A DNA stretch of 64,000 nucleotides from Vicugna vicugna (taxonomy: Eukaryota). A model generated the notes under the pieces. The model ran no database searches and was not told the origin of the DNA. It was given only the letters and a program-made list of their open reading frames with translations. The stretch's first letter is position 1. Each line of letters starts with the position of its first letter. Location of the stretch: positions 372,001 to 436,000 of the forward strand of contig MU061045.1 of the NCBI GenBank assembly GCA_013265495.1, read 5' to 3'. Positions 35,601-50,600 of this stretch are shown one piece after another. The translations under genes and the position numbers were made by a program.

Positions 35601-38600
35601 AGGTTGATGTTACAGGGAAACAGTAACTGCCTGCCTGCACGGACCTGCCACAGGGCAGGGGGTTCCTGCCCAGTCCCTGTGTGGCTCACTGGCTCCCACC
35701 CTCCCACCCCTGGGCTCGGTGCAGCCCTTGAGCGGATACAGGATAACAAATTGCAGTTTCACGAAGACTGATATTTCTATCGATGTGTTCGATCACTGCA
35801 GATGGCATAACCGGGATAGCACTGCAGTTTGTGGCCAGTGGGATGCCTTGTGTCCCTGGTTGGTGTCTAGAGTGTGTTCCCAGGGGCTTAGGCCCTAGTC
35901 ACTTTCTCTGCAAGCCCACTGCTTGTGGGGGCTCAGCCCAGGACAGAGGCTGGAGTAGCATTCAGATCACGGCGCTGAGCCTGCCTGTCTCCCACACCTT
36001 CGATCTCAGTGATGAGGACCAGGGGACTCACTCAGTATAGGCCCATCCCCAGCCGTCAGGCCTGCTCCTTATCAGGGTAGCTGCTGGGGGGCTCCCATCA
36101 GCAGTGCTCAGATGGGTACGGGCCCTGTACAGAAGAGGAGAGCCCCGGTGGGACTGCCAGCTGCGGACGAGACGGGCACATCTCTACCCAGCCCCAACCC
36201 AGCCCTGGTTGTCCGCCCTCAGCCTACAAGCGTGAGCTGTGTCTGAAGGGACGTCTATGGTGCCCGCCTCCTGGATGGGAGTCAGACTAGGGGACGCTCC
36301 TGCCAGTGCCCAGGGGCGGGACCTGCCGAAGTCCCCTCTCTGGACTGACCATTCCCCGGCCCAGGTTTCTATAGAGAATCATCGTTTTCCCTTTGGTTAC
36401 GCCTTTCCAACCTTTTATTTTTCCCTCACAGAAATTCTAGCTACTCTGAGAGGTCATTCTGGCTTGGTGAAGGGGTTGACTTGGGACCCTGTCGGTAAAT
36501 ACATCGCCTCCCAAGCTGATGACCGCAGCCTGAAGGTGTGGAGGACATTGGACTGGCAGCTGGAGACCAGCATCACCAAGCCCTTCGACGAGGTAACAAG
36601 GCAACCCTCTTGGCCTCCTCACGCCAGGGCGGGGGCTGCTCAGGGTCCAGACCTTGGGGGAGCCCAGAGTCTGGGGCCCCAAGAGTCAGGTGATGGGAAC
36701 CTTTCACTTCTCACAAGCTGTTAAATGTTCACCTTTGAAGTGAAAAGGATTGTAGGTCTTAAAGCTAAAGTGTTTACATCACACTGCCCCGCAGGGCGGG
36801 GGCACTGCAGGTGGATGAGGCTCTTGCGTCTTCCCCGAGTACTCTGGGCTGGGCTTGCTGCCCTCTGCTCCACAGGCTGGTCAGCCTCCTCAGGGGGACT
36901 TAGCAGTCTGGTTATCAGGATGTCTGGAGGTGGGACTATGGTGGCTTGTATAGCATCTTATTGTCTCTTCCCTGACTTGAGTTCTGATTGCCTGTGGGAT
37001 CATAGATCAGGGTCGCTGCTATCCAGTAGATATCCCGTAAGTGCCTCCTCTGCGTGGGGCCGTCCTGAGCACCGCAGATTCTTGCGGACTGGGATGGAGT
37101 TACCCAGAGTGTGCAGAAGTGGCTGGGAGGATGGTCTCTCAGGAAAGGCCCCTCAGAGGATGAGATGTGAGCACGAGATTTTGTAGGAAGGGTAGACCTG
37201 AGCACGGTGGCTTAGTCCTGCTCACCGTGGGCCTTGTGCGTCTCTGGGATGGGCCTGTGGGGTGCTGCACTCAGCCCCTGCCTTGCCCGGCCTTCCTCTA
37301 GGGATGTGCAGCCTAGATCTTAATTCCTGAGTCTCTAGGGCTGCCCTGCACCGACCCTGAGCTTCAAGAGGTGGCTTTAGCCACCGTCATCTCACTTCGC
37401 AGGAGGAATAATGTGAAAGGATGCCCTGCCTCTGCCCTCTGCCCGGGTCGGGGGAACATTGCCTGTCTGCTGTGCCGTTTATGGTTTATATGAACTTTAC
37501 AAACCCCTTCTTGGCTGGTGGGCTTCGGGAGAGCAGATGTGGCCCCGTGATCACTGGCTGTGTCGCAGACAGTCTCCTGACCAGGCTTCTGACAGTCAGC
37601 AGGGCTCTGTCTCCACTGCAGTGAGGGCTTTGCTGACCTCGCATAGAGTTAACAGGCACGGGGCAGAAGAAGGGGCCATGCTCAGAGCCTGGCCACACTT
37701 GTTGACGGTGCAAGGTGGTGGCCGTCCTGAGGGCCCAGGCACCGTGTCGAGGGGGTGGAACGCTGCCCCTCCTAGCTCTCTGATGGCCTTTCTGGCAGAT
37801 CTTCCAGAGAGGCCGGAGTACAGCCAGAAGCTGGGGTACAGGCCACCAGTGTACGTTTGTAGGTCAGAGTTCAGCCTGATTCTTGGGGCCAATCCTGCCA
37901 CAGAGTTGGCCTTGAGCTCCTTTCAAGCACAGACATCTCTTTCAGTGTGGAGGGACGACCCACGTGTTGCGGCTCAGCTGGTCACCTGACGGGCATTACC
38001 TGGTATCCGCACACGCCATGAACAACTCTGGCCCCACCGCCCAGATCATTGAGCGGGAGGGCTGGAAGACCAACATGGACTTCGTCGGGCACCGGAAAGC
38101 TGTGACCGTCGTGGTGAGTGAGTGGCTGGGCCTCAGGGAGGCACTGTCAGCCCCGCCTGCTGTGGCCCCTCAGTCAGGACAGTGCTGTGCTCCCAGAGCC
38201 AGGGCCACAGGTGGGGCTGAGGTGGTGGCCCCTCAGATGCAGCACATGTTGCATCCTTACTGTGTTTTACTTAATGTTTCAGCATTTTAAAGCTAATTCT
38301 GCAGGAAAAGATGCACATCTGCATGTTCTGTTGGCAGGTGAACATGATAAATATCGTGCTGATAGTTTACTGACCATGTGGGACATCCCACATTGGACTT
38401 TGATCGGGAATGTCGTCGGCCTGCGCCAGCCTTTCCCCACATTCGGGTCTGCTCAGGGGGGCGCGAGCCTGTGGCCCTGACAGGTGCCCACCCACCAGGC
38501 TCTGGCGGAGCTCCCAGGCCATGCTGGGCTCACTGGGTGCTCACCCCTCACCCTCAGCCCCTGATCTTGACATGGAGGGAGCAGAGCCCCAAGTTCAGGA

Positions 38601-41600
38601 TTGTGTGTGTGTCCCCCACCCCCGTGCCTTTGGGGCCCTGATGGAAATGTCCCGAGAGCCAGGACTTTCCCAGCTGTGAGCGACCGAACAAGTGAATGGA
38701 TCGGCGGCCAAGGTGGACCCAGATGAAGGGTCACCCCGGACCCTGATCTCAGGGTTTCATCACCAGATGGGCTTGTCTTTCCATCACCTGTACTGATAAC
38801 ATATATCATCAGCTATTGTGACTTAAAATGTAAATTTCATACAACGTTGCTACTTTAATCTTTTCCTGTTGGACTTGGGAGGATTTTGTTGCAACCCTGG
38901 ACCTTGTTGCTAAAACAATTGAAACCCTGCTTCATGGTCAGCACAGTGTTCCTGCGTGCCCCATGTGAGCCTCACAGCCCCAGGGCTTTGCACGCCTCTG
39001 GTTCCTGTCCTCCCAGCCCCGTGCAACCCTGGCCCTTCCTGCCTGCTCACTGGGATCAGGTCCCTCTGGGCCACCTGCACCAGGCTCCTCCTTGTTGTTC
39101 TGGCCTGCGGATTCCCGACCTGAATCTGCCGCTCCCCCTGCCCCTTTCAGCCCAGCACGTGTTCCCAGCCTTCGCGGAAGTGACACTTGGGTTACATGGG
39201 GGTAGCCCCGTGGCATGGCCTTAGCCTGACTCAGTGAGGTCCTGCAAGGCTCACACTTTTGACTGTGAACAGGGAGGGGCAGACAGAGACAGTCTCTCCT
39301 GTCAGGAGACCGTGTTCCTAAAGCCTGGCTCCTGGAGCTGGTCCTGTGGAACCAGGAGGGTTCAGAGGCCGGGGTCAGCAGTTCCCGTGCTTGGACCTGG
39401 CTGCAGGGGGACCACACAGCTGGTCAAGCCGGCCTCTGATCCAGGCCTCACCACTTACTCTTGGGGACTCATTGGTGCACATTTCCTGGCCTCTTAAGCC
39501 TCCATTTCATCCTCAGCACAACGCCCGCTAGGTAGTTGTGAAGATGCCATAACCATGCGGGCGTCCAGGGCTGGCCAGTGTCTGGCGGGGCTCCCTGGTG
39601 GGCTGGGACTGCAGGGTGCCTCGTATTTGGCATGGGTTACCTGCTTGACGCTTCATTCATTACTAACTTTTGTTATTTGGTTTTAGAAATTCAACCCAAA
39701 AATCTTCAAGAAGAAGCAGAAGAACGGGAGCTCCGCAAAGCCCAGCTGTCCGTACTGCTGCTGTGCTGTGGGCAGCAAGGACCGTTCACTGTCTGTCTGG
39801 GTGAGGCCCCGCCGAGCGTCCCCTTCCGAGCACTTCCGCAGCTCTTGTGGGGGCAGGACCTGGAGCCTTGGGAGAGGAGAGACCCTGCTTTGAATGGTGA
39901 TCAGTGGCTGCTTCTGCCCTGCACCTGGTGCTGCCCTCCTGTAACCCCAGAGGGAAGCACTGAAGACTGGGCGGGCCAGGAGGGGCCACCCTGACCCCCG
40001 GCCAGAACAGCTCTGGTGTCCAGACCCAGGGAACCCTCCAGTGGTCAGGGCTATGGGTAGCGCATTGTGTCAGCTTTCTTTTGAAAGAACCTGTGTGTCA
40101 GCGGGTAACCTACGTAACATGTCCCCTGAGGTGTACAGCTCTGTGCCTTCATCGTCAGATGTGTGTGCTCCTCCGGAGCTGCCCCCCACCCACCACAGGA
40201 CCCTGCCCCAGCCACCTTGACGGCACCTATTTCTGAACTTCACATGAGTGGAGTTACATTGTTACTTTTTGCGTCTTGGGTCACTCTCACTTGGTATAAT
40301 GTGGCTAGAATTTGTGTATGCCGCTGTCTTTAATGATGGTTTATTCCCTGTTGTTCATTCCCTTCAAGCAGAGTGGGTTTAAAGTTGTAGATTTGAAAGT
40401 TATCCTCTAGCTGCATTTATGACAGTTGTTTGTCACGGAGAAATCATGTGGCCCCGTTCTAGACCCTGGGCCCGGCACGCCACCAGCAGCCTAGGCACCT
40501 TCCTCCTGGACTCCTCCAGGCCTGGGCCATCCTTGGTGCTTCGACCACATGTCACTGATCGATGTCAGGTGTTCATGGGGGTTCTGGGCTTCTGAGCGGT
40601 CTGCAGGCACGTCTGTGGGACCGGGGGCAGGGCAGGTTTTTCCCAGAAGTGGAACTACAGTAGGGCAAGCGTCTTGTGGGTTCCAGGCGGCTCAGACTCC
40701 AGCTCTTTCCTCAGGGCTAGGGTGGCTGCAGCTCCTTCCCTGCACCAGCCTTCCAGAAGCTTCCATAGCACCTGCTGGGAGCCCTTCACAAGCATCCCCC
40801 CCCACCCCAAGCCCGCTGTCATGTGGCCCAGGACCTGTCAGTGGGGTGAGCAGACACTAGTGTGTGAGAGACATTTGTGTAAGTCATCAGAATGTTAATG
40901 GTGGTTAGTTTGGAGTCTGGATCAGGACAGCTTAAATTGGTTTTGTGAACTGTCTGCACACAGCCTTTGCAGAAGGGACCTGTGTAATGCAGGAAGCTGG
41001 TTCCACTGAGCCTGGGATGTGTGTGTACCCGAATTCAGCCTGGAAGGGGTGCTGAGTTCCCTCTGAGGGAGCGTCCTTTGCTGCCTCATCCCCTGCCCAG
41101 GGCTTGGCATCCCACCCCTGCTCTGTAGACCCTCTTCTCTGTTGCTGGTCATGTGTGTACAGCCATGTCCCCTGCCAGCACACACGTCCGGACTGGGTCT
41201 GGGCAGTGGCTGCCGGAGTAGAGTTGAGGCTGTCCTTTGTGTCGACAGAGCTCCATCCAGGGTCCCTGGGTCCAGGGTTTGAGGGAGCCGAGTGGACGCG
41301 GAGGGCTGCCTTCGTTTCGATCACCTTTGCCGCCGCTTTCCTTCCAGCTCACGTGTCTGAAACGGCCTTTGGTTGTCATCCATGAGCTGTTTGACAAGTC
41401 CATCATGGACATTTCCTGGTAAGCTGGGTCCTTGTTGCAGTGCACGGTCTGGGAAAGGAGGAGCCACGTGCCAGCACTCAGGGCCTCTGGGATGCGGTCA
41501 GGGCCAGGCAGCCAGGGCCCCCGGGTGCGCCACCAGAGCAGACCCCATGTGCGGTCTGCAGTGACTCAGGAGGGCGGCTGGCCAGCTCCTGTACTTCCGG

Positions 41601-44600
41601 CCTCACTGGGATGTGCCGCTGGAAACAGCTGCCCAGACAGACTGGTACTTGTCTGGGGGGGGGGGGAGGAGCGCCGTGGCCCTGGTCCCACTTCACTGTC
41701 GCTGCACAGATCAGAGCAGTGCAGGTGTAGAGACCACTGTGTGCTTCTCAGCAGTCTCATTCGGACGTGCACTCCCTCATGTTTTCTAAAACACAGTTTC
41801 AAAAATGAGACAAATAAAATGGAAACTCTTTGGAAACACATGATGAGAGATACTTTGTACGTGTGCTGAGAACTGAAGGCCCTAGAGCTCTCTGGACGGG
41901 ACACAGTTGTTGCCCCTACCCACCCACACACACCCCCCCCCGCCCCCACACTTCTTCCCCAGCTCTGCATCCATCCTCCGCATGTTGCGGGGCTGGAGCC
42001 CGGCCGCTGATGGCCGTCTCTTTCAGGACGCTGAATGGGCTAGGCATCCTGGTGTGCTCTATGGATGGCTCGGTGGCATTCCTGGATTTCTCCCAGGACG
42101 AGCTGGGAGACCCCCTGAGCGAGGAGGAGAAGGTAGGAAGGCAGCGCCCCCACCCCAGCTCTGGCCTGCGTGCTGCACGCGTCCTGAGAGGATGCCTCTC
42201 ACGACCCACAGACACGTTTCCTGAAATGTTCCCACATCTGCCTCTCATCTGTGATAATCCTTGATCTTCTCCACAAGATAGATTAATTTAAAGTGAGGCT
42301 CTGTTCCGGTCAGAAACCAGTCCTAGACTTAAGAATAGAACCCTGGGCCTCTCCTGAGCTGCTGCTCAGCCACACTGGGGTCCCCACTCTCATCCTGCCA
42401 TCCTGTCCCGACAACGTTGCCCAGGCCAGACCCTGGCCGTGCATTTGCACATAGGATTTCACTGAACTGATAAAGAACACTTCAGGGCAGGGCTACCCTG
42501 TTTCACTGAGGAAGTAACAGCCTCGGGAAACAGTCCAGCCCTCCCTTTGCTGAGGCCATGGTGACTCAGAGGGTCTGAGAACAAAAGCATGAACCACTCG
42601 CAGCCTCTGGGCCAGGCCGCCTCTGCACTGTGCTGTGCCCAGATGGAGTGGCCCAGGCCCATCCTCCAGGCCCTGGTGGAGGCGCTGTGTCACCTCCCTT
42701 GGGCGGATGCCAGCCAGCCTGCAGATAGGCCGTCACCCATACGCCGAAGGATGCATTCGTGTTGGAAAGCCCAGAGCAGGCCAGCCACCCTGCCCTTGGT
42801 GAAGCTTCCACATAGGCTGTGTGGGGACCATCCCACAATGATGTGCACCCTCAGGGGTGGGGCCTGCCTTGCTCTGGCCCCTGGACAGCCTGGTACCTCA
42901 CAGTCGTTTGTCCATTGACCTAAGGGATGAGTGTGTCCGCAGCCTCAGGTTTTATCCCCGCCTGTCAGTGTCATCAGGTGTCCTAGGAGTGCCGAGCCCG
43001 CTCCCTGCTTAGAGTCACGGGGTTGGGGGGGGGCCTGTGCGGGAGCAGGTAGAGGCAGGGGCCCTGTGTTTGAGGAGCAAATTCTGGCTCAAGACTCCAG
43101 GGGGCCAGGTCCCAGGCCTCCTCACCCAGCATCCTTCCTGCAAGGCAGTCGTCCTGCTCACCCCTCTGCATCAGTCATCTGACATCCTGAGCAAGTCTGC
43201 CCCTCGTCATAGGGGCTGTTCTGCGTGCTGGGGCCCCGTTCCTGCCCACGCGGGGTCTGGCTTGTGGCCCAGGACTCCTGAGACCTGGGGGGATGGAGGG
43301 AGGAGTCAGGATGTGTTGGGGGACAGCAGAGGCAGAGAAAGACCCCCCCCAGGTCTTTGCACCAGGCCTTTCCTCGTTTTTGTGGACTGTTGGCCCCATA
43401 GAGACCTCCAACCACGCGGACTGACGGCACAGGCAGGAGCAATGAAAGCTGGCTCTGGGCTTCAAGGTCTGGTTCCCAGACGAGTTTGGGGTCTGTAGCT
43501 TGAGTTAAGAGCTTTACGTTAGAACTTTGAGTGTCGTCATTTCAATTCAGTGTGTGTCTGTTGCTGTTGTTCAGCACCAGATCTGCCGCAGGTGTTTTCC
43601 TGGCGGCTCCACGGTCTCCCTGATTCGCAGCCATGTGAGGCTGTAGATGCCTAGCGAGGGTATGCGACCTCCCCAGTGTCTCCAGTCAGCACTGGGCAGA
43701 ACAGGGTGGACAGTTGGGGAGCTGGTGTCCAGGGCTCTGGGCCCTGCCTGCCCCGGCACAGTGCCACGCCTCTCTGCCTCCCCTAGAGCCGCATCCACCA
43801 GTCCACCTATGGCAAGAGCTTGGCCATCATGGCTGAGGCGCAGCTTTCCACAGCCGTCATTGAAAACCCCGAGATGCTCCAGTACCAGCGGAGGCAGCAG
43901 CTGGGCCAGGGGGGCACAGCGGCCAGGGAGACAGGTGCCACGGCTGCGGTGGCTGGCGTTGTCAATGGGGAGAGTCTGGAGGACATCAGGAAGGTGAGCG
44001 CCAGGCCTGGGACCGCACGAGGGGATAGGGGGTCTCAGCAGGGCTCAGACGCGTGTGCTGGGGAGGGTGGACAGGACCTGGGACGAACCACCTTGGGGCC
44101 TGAGGCACCTCATCCAAGGCCTGGTCCCTGGAGCTCTCAAGGAGCTGCTCCTAGCGGAACTTTCAAACCTCACCTCTAGCCCTTCTTAGAGATTGCAGGG
44201 ACTGAGAGCATTGTGCTTCAGGCTCTGCCCTTGGGGTCATCTGCTAGCACCCCCTTCTCGCTTTGGAAGTCCATGTTTCCCTGGGGGGTTTGGAAGACGG
44301 AAATAGGAGACGTCAGGGGCTCGTGCAGGCGCTCAGCCTCCCGAGTGACGCGTACACACCATGTGACCAGAACTCTTGGTTGCGAGCCTTCAGTGAAAGA
44401 CAGTGCACATCACAGCTGAGAGAGGAGTGCGAGTCTCATCTGTGAGCTCCCTTGTTGAGTCCCGTGGGTGGGGAGGCCAGCCTGGCACGTGCTCGCTGTC
44501 CCAGGAACCTGGCTGGGTGCAGCCTGGAGACACAGGAGGTGCTGGAGCTGGTTCGGTGGGAAGCCTCTGTCCTCACTGCATCACTGCGGGAAGTCAAGCA

Positions 44601-47600
44601 CACTCCCTCATAAAACACTGTGATGAGGCCGCTTGGGTTAGTTGTATCTGAAAGGCCACAGGAAGGGAGGTTAGAATACATTTCATTCGAAGCCTTATTT
44701 TTTGGTATTCAGAGACAGTTGACAGACACGTTTCCATTCATTTTTGTCACTCTGCTTTGCCAGAATCTCTTAAAGAAGCAAGTTGAGACTCGGACAGCAG
44801 ACGGCCGGAGGAGAATCACGCCCCTCTGCATCGCACAGCTGGACACCGGGTACTGGTCCGCTCACCCAGCTTTCTGTGGCCTCACTGGGAGGTCTTCCTG
44901 TCCTTTCTCCAGTTAGCGCTGTCATGCCCAGATCTTGCGGTCCCTGGGGCCAGCCTCACCCGTAGAGTCTGGAAGCGCGTGGTGGAGCCCCGCTTCCCAG
45001 CTGCCGCAGAGCCTCGGCTCCCGCAGGGCCCCGTGCACATGTGACGGTGCTGCGGGCTCCACAGTGCCAGCCTGTCCACGCCAGAGAGAGAAGTCAGACT
45101 GAGTCGCTTCTGTTTCTTTCTCCCTTTTATAGCCTCCTCTTTCTGGTTATGAAAGGAGTATATCTGCGCTACTGAAAGCGGTAAAAGCCCAAAGGACATA
45201 AACGCTATCCATAATCCAGTCTTTCAGACGTGGTCACTGTAACATTTTGGTATCTGTCTCCCACTTGTTCCTATATCTCGACCTTGTGTCCGTTTCAATA
45301 AATAGTCCTCTGAAGCATCAGCTTGCTGACTGTCCAGGCACCCAGCCTGGGAACGCACCATGTGGACTTGTAGCTGGTCCGGTGTTTTCAGATTGGAAAG
45401 AACCTCAGCACACCTGTGACTTCCCTCGGGACCCTTCCCAGAGCGGACTTGCTGGGTGAAGGGTAGAGTTCCCTGAGGGGTGGGGTTGGGGACTCGGTTG
45501 CTACTTGCTGCTGTCTTGGCATCTGTAGTCAGGCTTGCTTTGCATTGGTCATTCTCCCCAAAATGAGGTGTGTTGAGTTAAAGGATGTAAGGCCCTGTGT
45601 GAAAGGGACAGACTGCACATCAAGGTGGCTCGTCCTGCTCACTCATTTGCTCAGGGAGCCACACAGCCCTCTGCCCTCTGCACTGGTTCCTCCATGAGCT
45701 GTTCCTGGCCTTCCCGGAATCCGAGGAGATGTGCATGTCAGGTGTGCAGGCGCCAAGGCCCTAGAGGGCAGAGCCCACTCCCCACCCCTCCCACGGAGTG
45801 GCTGTACCTGGTCAAGGCTTCCCCGACTGTGAACCTGTGGGGGTGGTGCCACCGGCCCACCTTCTATCAGGACCAAGTCAGACTGAGGGTGCTACTGTGC
45901 CCAAGCATCTCAGAGCTTGTTGGGGGGTGATGGTGTGGAGCTGGTGGAGGTGAGGGTGGCACTTTGGTTCTGTGGATCCTTCCAGGCCTCACTGAGGACT
46001 CAGGTGGTAGATGGCTTCCTGCCTGGCCTTGAGCCCACTCTCTGCCACGGGGTACATGTTTCTGCACCAGAACTTGATTCTTTTGGTCTTAAAGACTTTT
46101 TTGCCCTCCTGATTCCTAGATTAAAACAAGTAGCAACAGAATAGGTAATTAATTATTAGCTTGGCTATCAAGAAAGAAAAGAAAAGGTGCAAATAATTAA
46201 AATGGAAAGAAGTGGGAAATGATCACAAATAAAGAATAGGTCAAAAGGATGAAAGACTTCTTGCTGAACTCTGTTAAAATAAATTTGGAAGTCGATTTTG
46301 AAGAAAAGAAAAATTACCAAAACTGAAGAAAATCTGTGCGGGTGAATTATTAGAGAAGAAATAGAGGATACTGTCAGAGATTTAATCTGCCAGGAGCCAC
46401 CATACTATGAGGTATGATAGCTTCATGGGAAAATTCTAACAAATGTTTAAGGAACAGATTATTCTAATACTATTGGAAGTATGTAGTGCGTAGAAAAAGA
46501 AAGCTTGCAAAATCTTATGTTGAAATGAGCACAGTACTGAAATTTCACAGTGAAAATGTAACAAAGATATGATAAGTTTCTGATCAATCTCATTTCCAAA
46601 TGTCAGTACAAAATCCTGAATAAAATAAAAACAAACAGAACCTTCCAGTGTGCTAACATGCTAATACACTATAAATAAAATTTATTTCAGAAAAAGTGGT
46701 TCAAACAATTTTGGGACACTGAATTTACTCCTACGCATCAGTAGATCAAAATAAATGAATTGTATGACCATCTCCGTAGATGCTCGAGGCATTTTTGTTA
46801 AATCCAAATCACTCTTACTTAAAACTCAGTTAAATGGAAGTAGATGGATGCTTGCTTAACTCGATAAAGCATCTTACTTCAAATTAAATTTACAAACTAA
46901 ACAGACGTCTACTCTTGTGATTAATGTAACGTTGTTCTGGATGTTCTGGCTCATACAGTTAGTCAAGAGAAAGAAATTAGAAAGGAAGTGGTAAGTGTGT
47001 CATTCTTTAAAGATGATGTCACCTACAAGAAAATCAGCTGGGGGACTGCCGTAGACAGTGAAAGGAGACAAGCAGGTAACGGGACGTAATGAGACGAACT
47101 CGCACAACCACCTTTAGAAGATACAAAGGAAGAAGTCACTTCCAGAAATACAAGAATCTGATGGAACAAGGAAGGGGAATATCCTTATGAAGAAGAAACT
47201 TTACTCCATCGAGAGACCTAGAAGACAGTTCACAGAAGTCGCTAAAAATGCATGCCGTTTGTTAGCTAGGGTGACTCCATATCACAAAGGTGACAGGTCT
47301 CTCTCAGCTGTAAATGTGACCTGAGCAAATACTGCAACCACAGGAGTTTTCAGAATCAGACCCATTCCAAAGTTACGTGGAAAAACAAACAGAAGTAGCA
47401 GAAGTATTTGTGAAGAAGATGAAATCACGGAAGACTAGCCCCACTACAAATTAAAGCTTACAACATAGAAATTAAAACGAAGGTACTGATGCATGAATAG
47501 ACAGAACAGTGAAACACAATGGAAAAGCCAGAAATAGGCTCAAATATTTTGCACCTGCGATGGATTGTTATCTAATTCAATAAATGAAGTCAGGACTATG

Positions 47601-50600
47601 TGATACTCTGAGGAAACAAAACTGGAGCCTTACCTCACAACTTAAAATTTTCCACAGATCAGAAATTTTTCAGAGAACAACATTCTGTACAGCTCAGAGG
47701 TGATTTTTTTTTAACTTTTTTGTTATTCAAATTTTAGAATATTCCATAGAAGAACATTGTTATAATCTCAGAGATAAAGTCTTTTCTACAAAATTTAGAT
47801 CACATAAAAATAACATTTTTGGCAAGGACAGTTACATGATAGAGGGTCAGAACACAACATCCTGGGCAAAATAGTTCCTGCTCATGTAGGAACTTTTCAA
47901 AGTTGTCCTTAAAGCCAGTAAATCAATAGCAAAGACCAGTAAGGAAACAGAACAGTACATGGTAGATGTCCACAAACAGCTCAGAAAAAGGGGAATCAGA
48001 TGTTTCCAGATGAAAAAATGTCAGCCTCGCAGCAGAAAATAAACTAAAGCTGTAGTAAGGTACCATTTTTCATCTACCAGATTGTCAGATGTCAAGACTT
48101 TGGTAACCATTGCAGAGGGTGTGCAGAGATGGCACTCTTATGAGGAGGGCCGTCTAGAACCAGAAATCCAAAATCATCCGTGAGCATTCCGTTTGCTGCT
48201 GCAGTCCCTTCTAGGGATGTATCCTGGTGGTGGGGTGATGTGTAGCGGGCATCCCCAAGCAGACACTGTTCTGAGCATGCCTGCTGGAACCGCCGTGGTC
48301 CAGGCAGTGACCCCGGGGCCCTCAGCACTCACACCGCAGGCTCCTCTCCTGGGCCAGCAGTGTCTGCTACAGAGACCTGGGAGGCCCTCCGCTCCTTCCT
48401 CGGGGGAGGCTGATTAGGTAAATTGGGATGCCCACACTGCCTGTGGCAGGAGGGAGGCCTGCCCTGTGTCCTGTGAGGTGCGATTGCACGTATGAACACC
48501 TTGGAGGTCGGGGTGTGTGATGACCAGTGGCGTCCAACAGTTATTATTGGTAGCAGCCCTTTTCTTTCTTAGTGCTTTGTGACTACCAGTTCCTCTTCGG
48601 TCTAATGAAATACAGTGTATGAAGTGATTTTAATTTCTTCATTGCTTCTCTGTAACTTGCATGAGCATTCTACCGTGAAAACACACTGCCTGTGGACCCA
48701 GAAAAAGCATTGCTTAGAAAGTGTGAGGGCTTGGTGAGGGGCTAGATGGCCGAGGCTGACCTCTCTCCTTCTTGGCAACAGGGACTTCTCCACGGCCTTC
48801 TTTAACAGCATCCCGCTCTCGGGCTCCCTGGCGGGCACCATGCTCACCTCCCATAGTGGTCCGCAGCTGCTGCCACTGGACTCCAGCACCCCAGTCTCCT
48901 TCAGCGCCTCCAAGCCTCCCACAGAGCCTGTGGCAACAGCGGGCGCCAGGCCTGCGGGCGATGCTGTCAGTAAGGACAGGTGAGCAGGTGCAAGGATTGC
49001 TCCTGTCCCCGGGGGAAGGGCAGGTATGGACACTTCCAGGGATGCTTCATCCTCTTCAGTTAAGAAAGATGCTTGGTTTCAGATGAGGGCCTGCTCGGAA
49101 GGGAGGCCTTGATCAGGTGAGTCTGATGCTCCGGGCCCTGAGGATCTCCAGTCGTAGGGGAGATGCAGTCCCAGGGTCAGCTGCGAAGGGTAGGGACTGG
49201 CCAGTGACACATCAGCTGCCCCATTGGCCAGTCAGCCCTGGTGGGAGCGTGGCCACCCCCATGTCTCAGGCAGGGTGCTGGTGTGCAGTGGCCAGGATTC
49301 CCCTTGTTCAGAGCACATTTGCTTGGGGAGCCCGAGTCTTCGCTGACCATCACCTGGAGGCCAAATTAGAAGTCAGAAAGGACCTGTGAGCAGGACTAGG
49401 CCGGGAGCTGTGCACTTGGGGCATTTGCCCAGCACGTGCTCAGGGTTACACACTGGGCTAGGCCCAGATGTCTGCAGGGGGTTGACTGCTGGGCCCTCAT
49501 CCCCAGGGAGTGCCTAGGCTGGGAGAGGAAGGCCCCTGGGAGCACTCCACCTGGAGCGCATAGAGGCTGACCTGGGGGAGCAGCAGACCCCTGAGCAGTT
49601 GGAGCGGGATGGGCACTTTGACCTGCTCCTGAGGAAACAGCCCAAACTGAGCCACCCTGGCACATGCCGCTGACACTGGCAGAGATTCTCCCGCATCGGA
49701 GACAGGGCCTAGCCTCATTGTGGCCTCCTACCTCTGGCTCTGGTGTCGTGGCTTCAAAGGCATCAGGTGTCACCTCCCCCTTGAGGAAAGAGAAGAGGAA
49801 AGAGCAGCTGGACCAGTTAGGGAGGAGAGCCCCTGGGGGAAGAGTGTCTGGGGAAGGACAGGTCCTGAGAGAGGAAGAGAGGGTTGTCTGGAATGCCTGT
49901 GGGCGCCCAGCCTAGGGCCAGCAGCAGGGAGGGTGGTCAGCCTGGATGTGATCCAAGGAGGCCCCATGGCTTCTGGCTCCTGTAGGGCTTCCCATCAGAC
50001 CCAGCGGGAAAGCTGGTGGTCAGAGTGGGTCAGGGTGGAGTGGCTATATTCACATTGTGGAGGTGGGCTCCGGGTCACCCACACCCAGCCCCGGGCCTTC
50101 GCCAGCTGTGCTGATGTGCCCTCCACCTCCTCCCCCAGTGTGAACGCTACCTCGACTCCTGCTGCATTGTCACCCTCTGTGCTCACCACCCCGTCCAAGA
50201 TCGAACCTATGAAAGCCTTCGACTCTCGATTCACAGAGCGGTCCAAAGCCACACCAGGTGCCCCCTCCCTGACCAGCATGACTCCGACGGCTGTGGAAAG
50301 GTAGGTGGAGGCTGCATGGGGTGTGGGAGACCCGGGGAGGGGCCGGCAGGGGCCGGCAGGGCAGTGCCTGCCCTCCATAGGGCTGCAGAACCCCGTCCCT
50401 GTGCTTGGGAGCTGCCACTCCAAGGAGAGGAAAGGCTGCTCCCAGTGAGAAAATAGATGGATGGAGCCGCTGGGAAGGCCTCCGGACAAAGGCATGAGGG
50501 CCAGGTGGTACAGAGGCTGCGCTGAGTGGGCTCAGTGTCCAACGGGAGCTCAGAGTCTGCCCAGAAGAGGAAGGAAACTGGTCGGAGGGCAGAGGGCTCA

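Noticed and set aside
44332-44346. CTCAGCCTCCCGAGT, identical to a stretch of Alu consensus
   Set aside because: Isolated 15-mer with no flanking Alu similarity; chance match.
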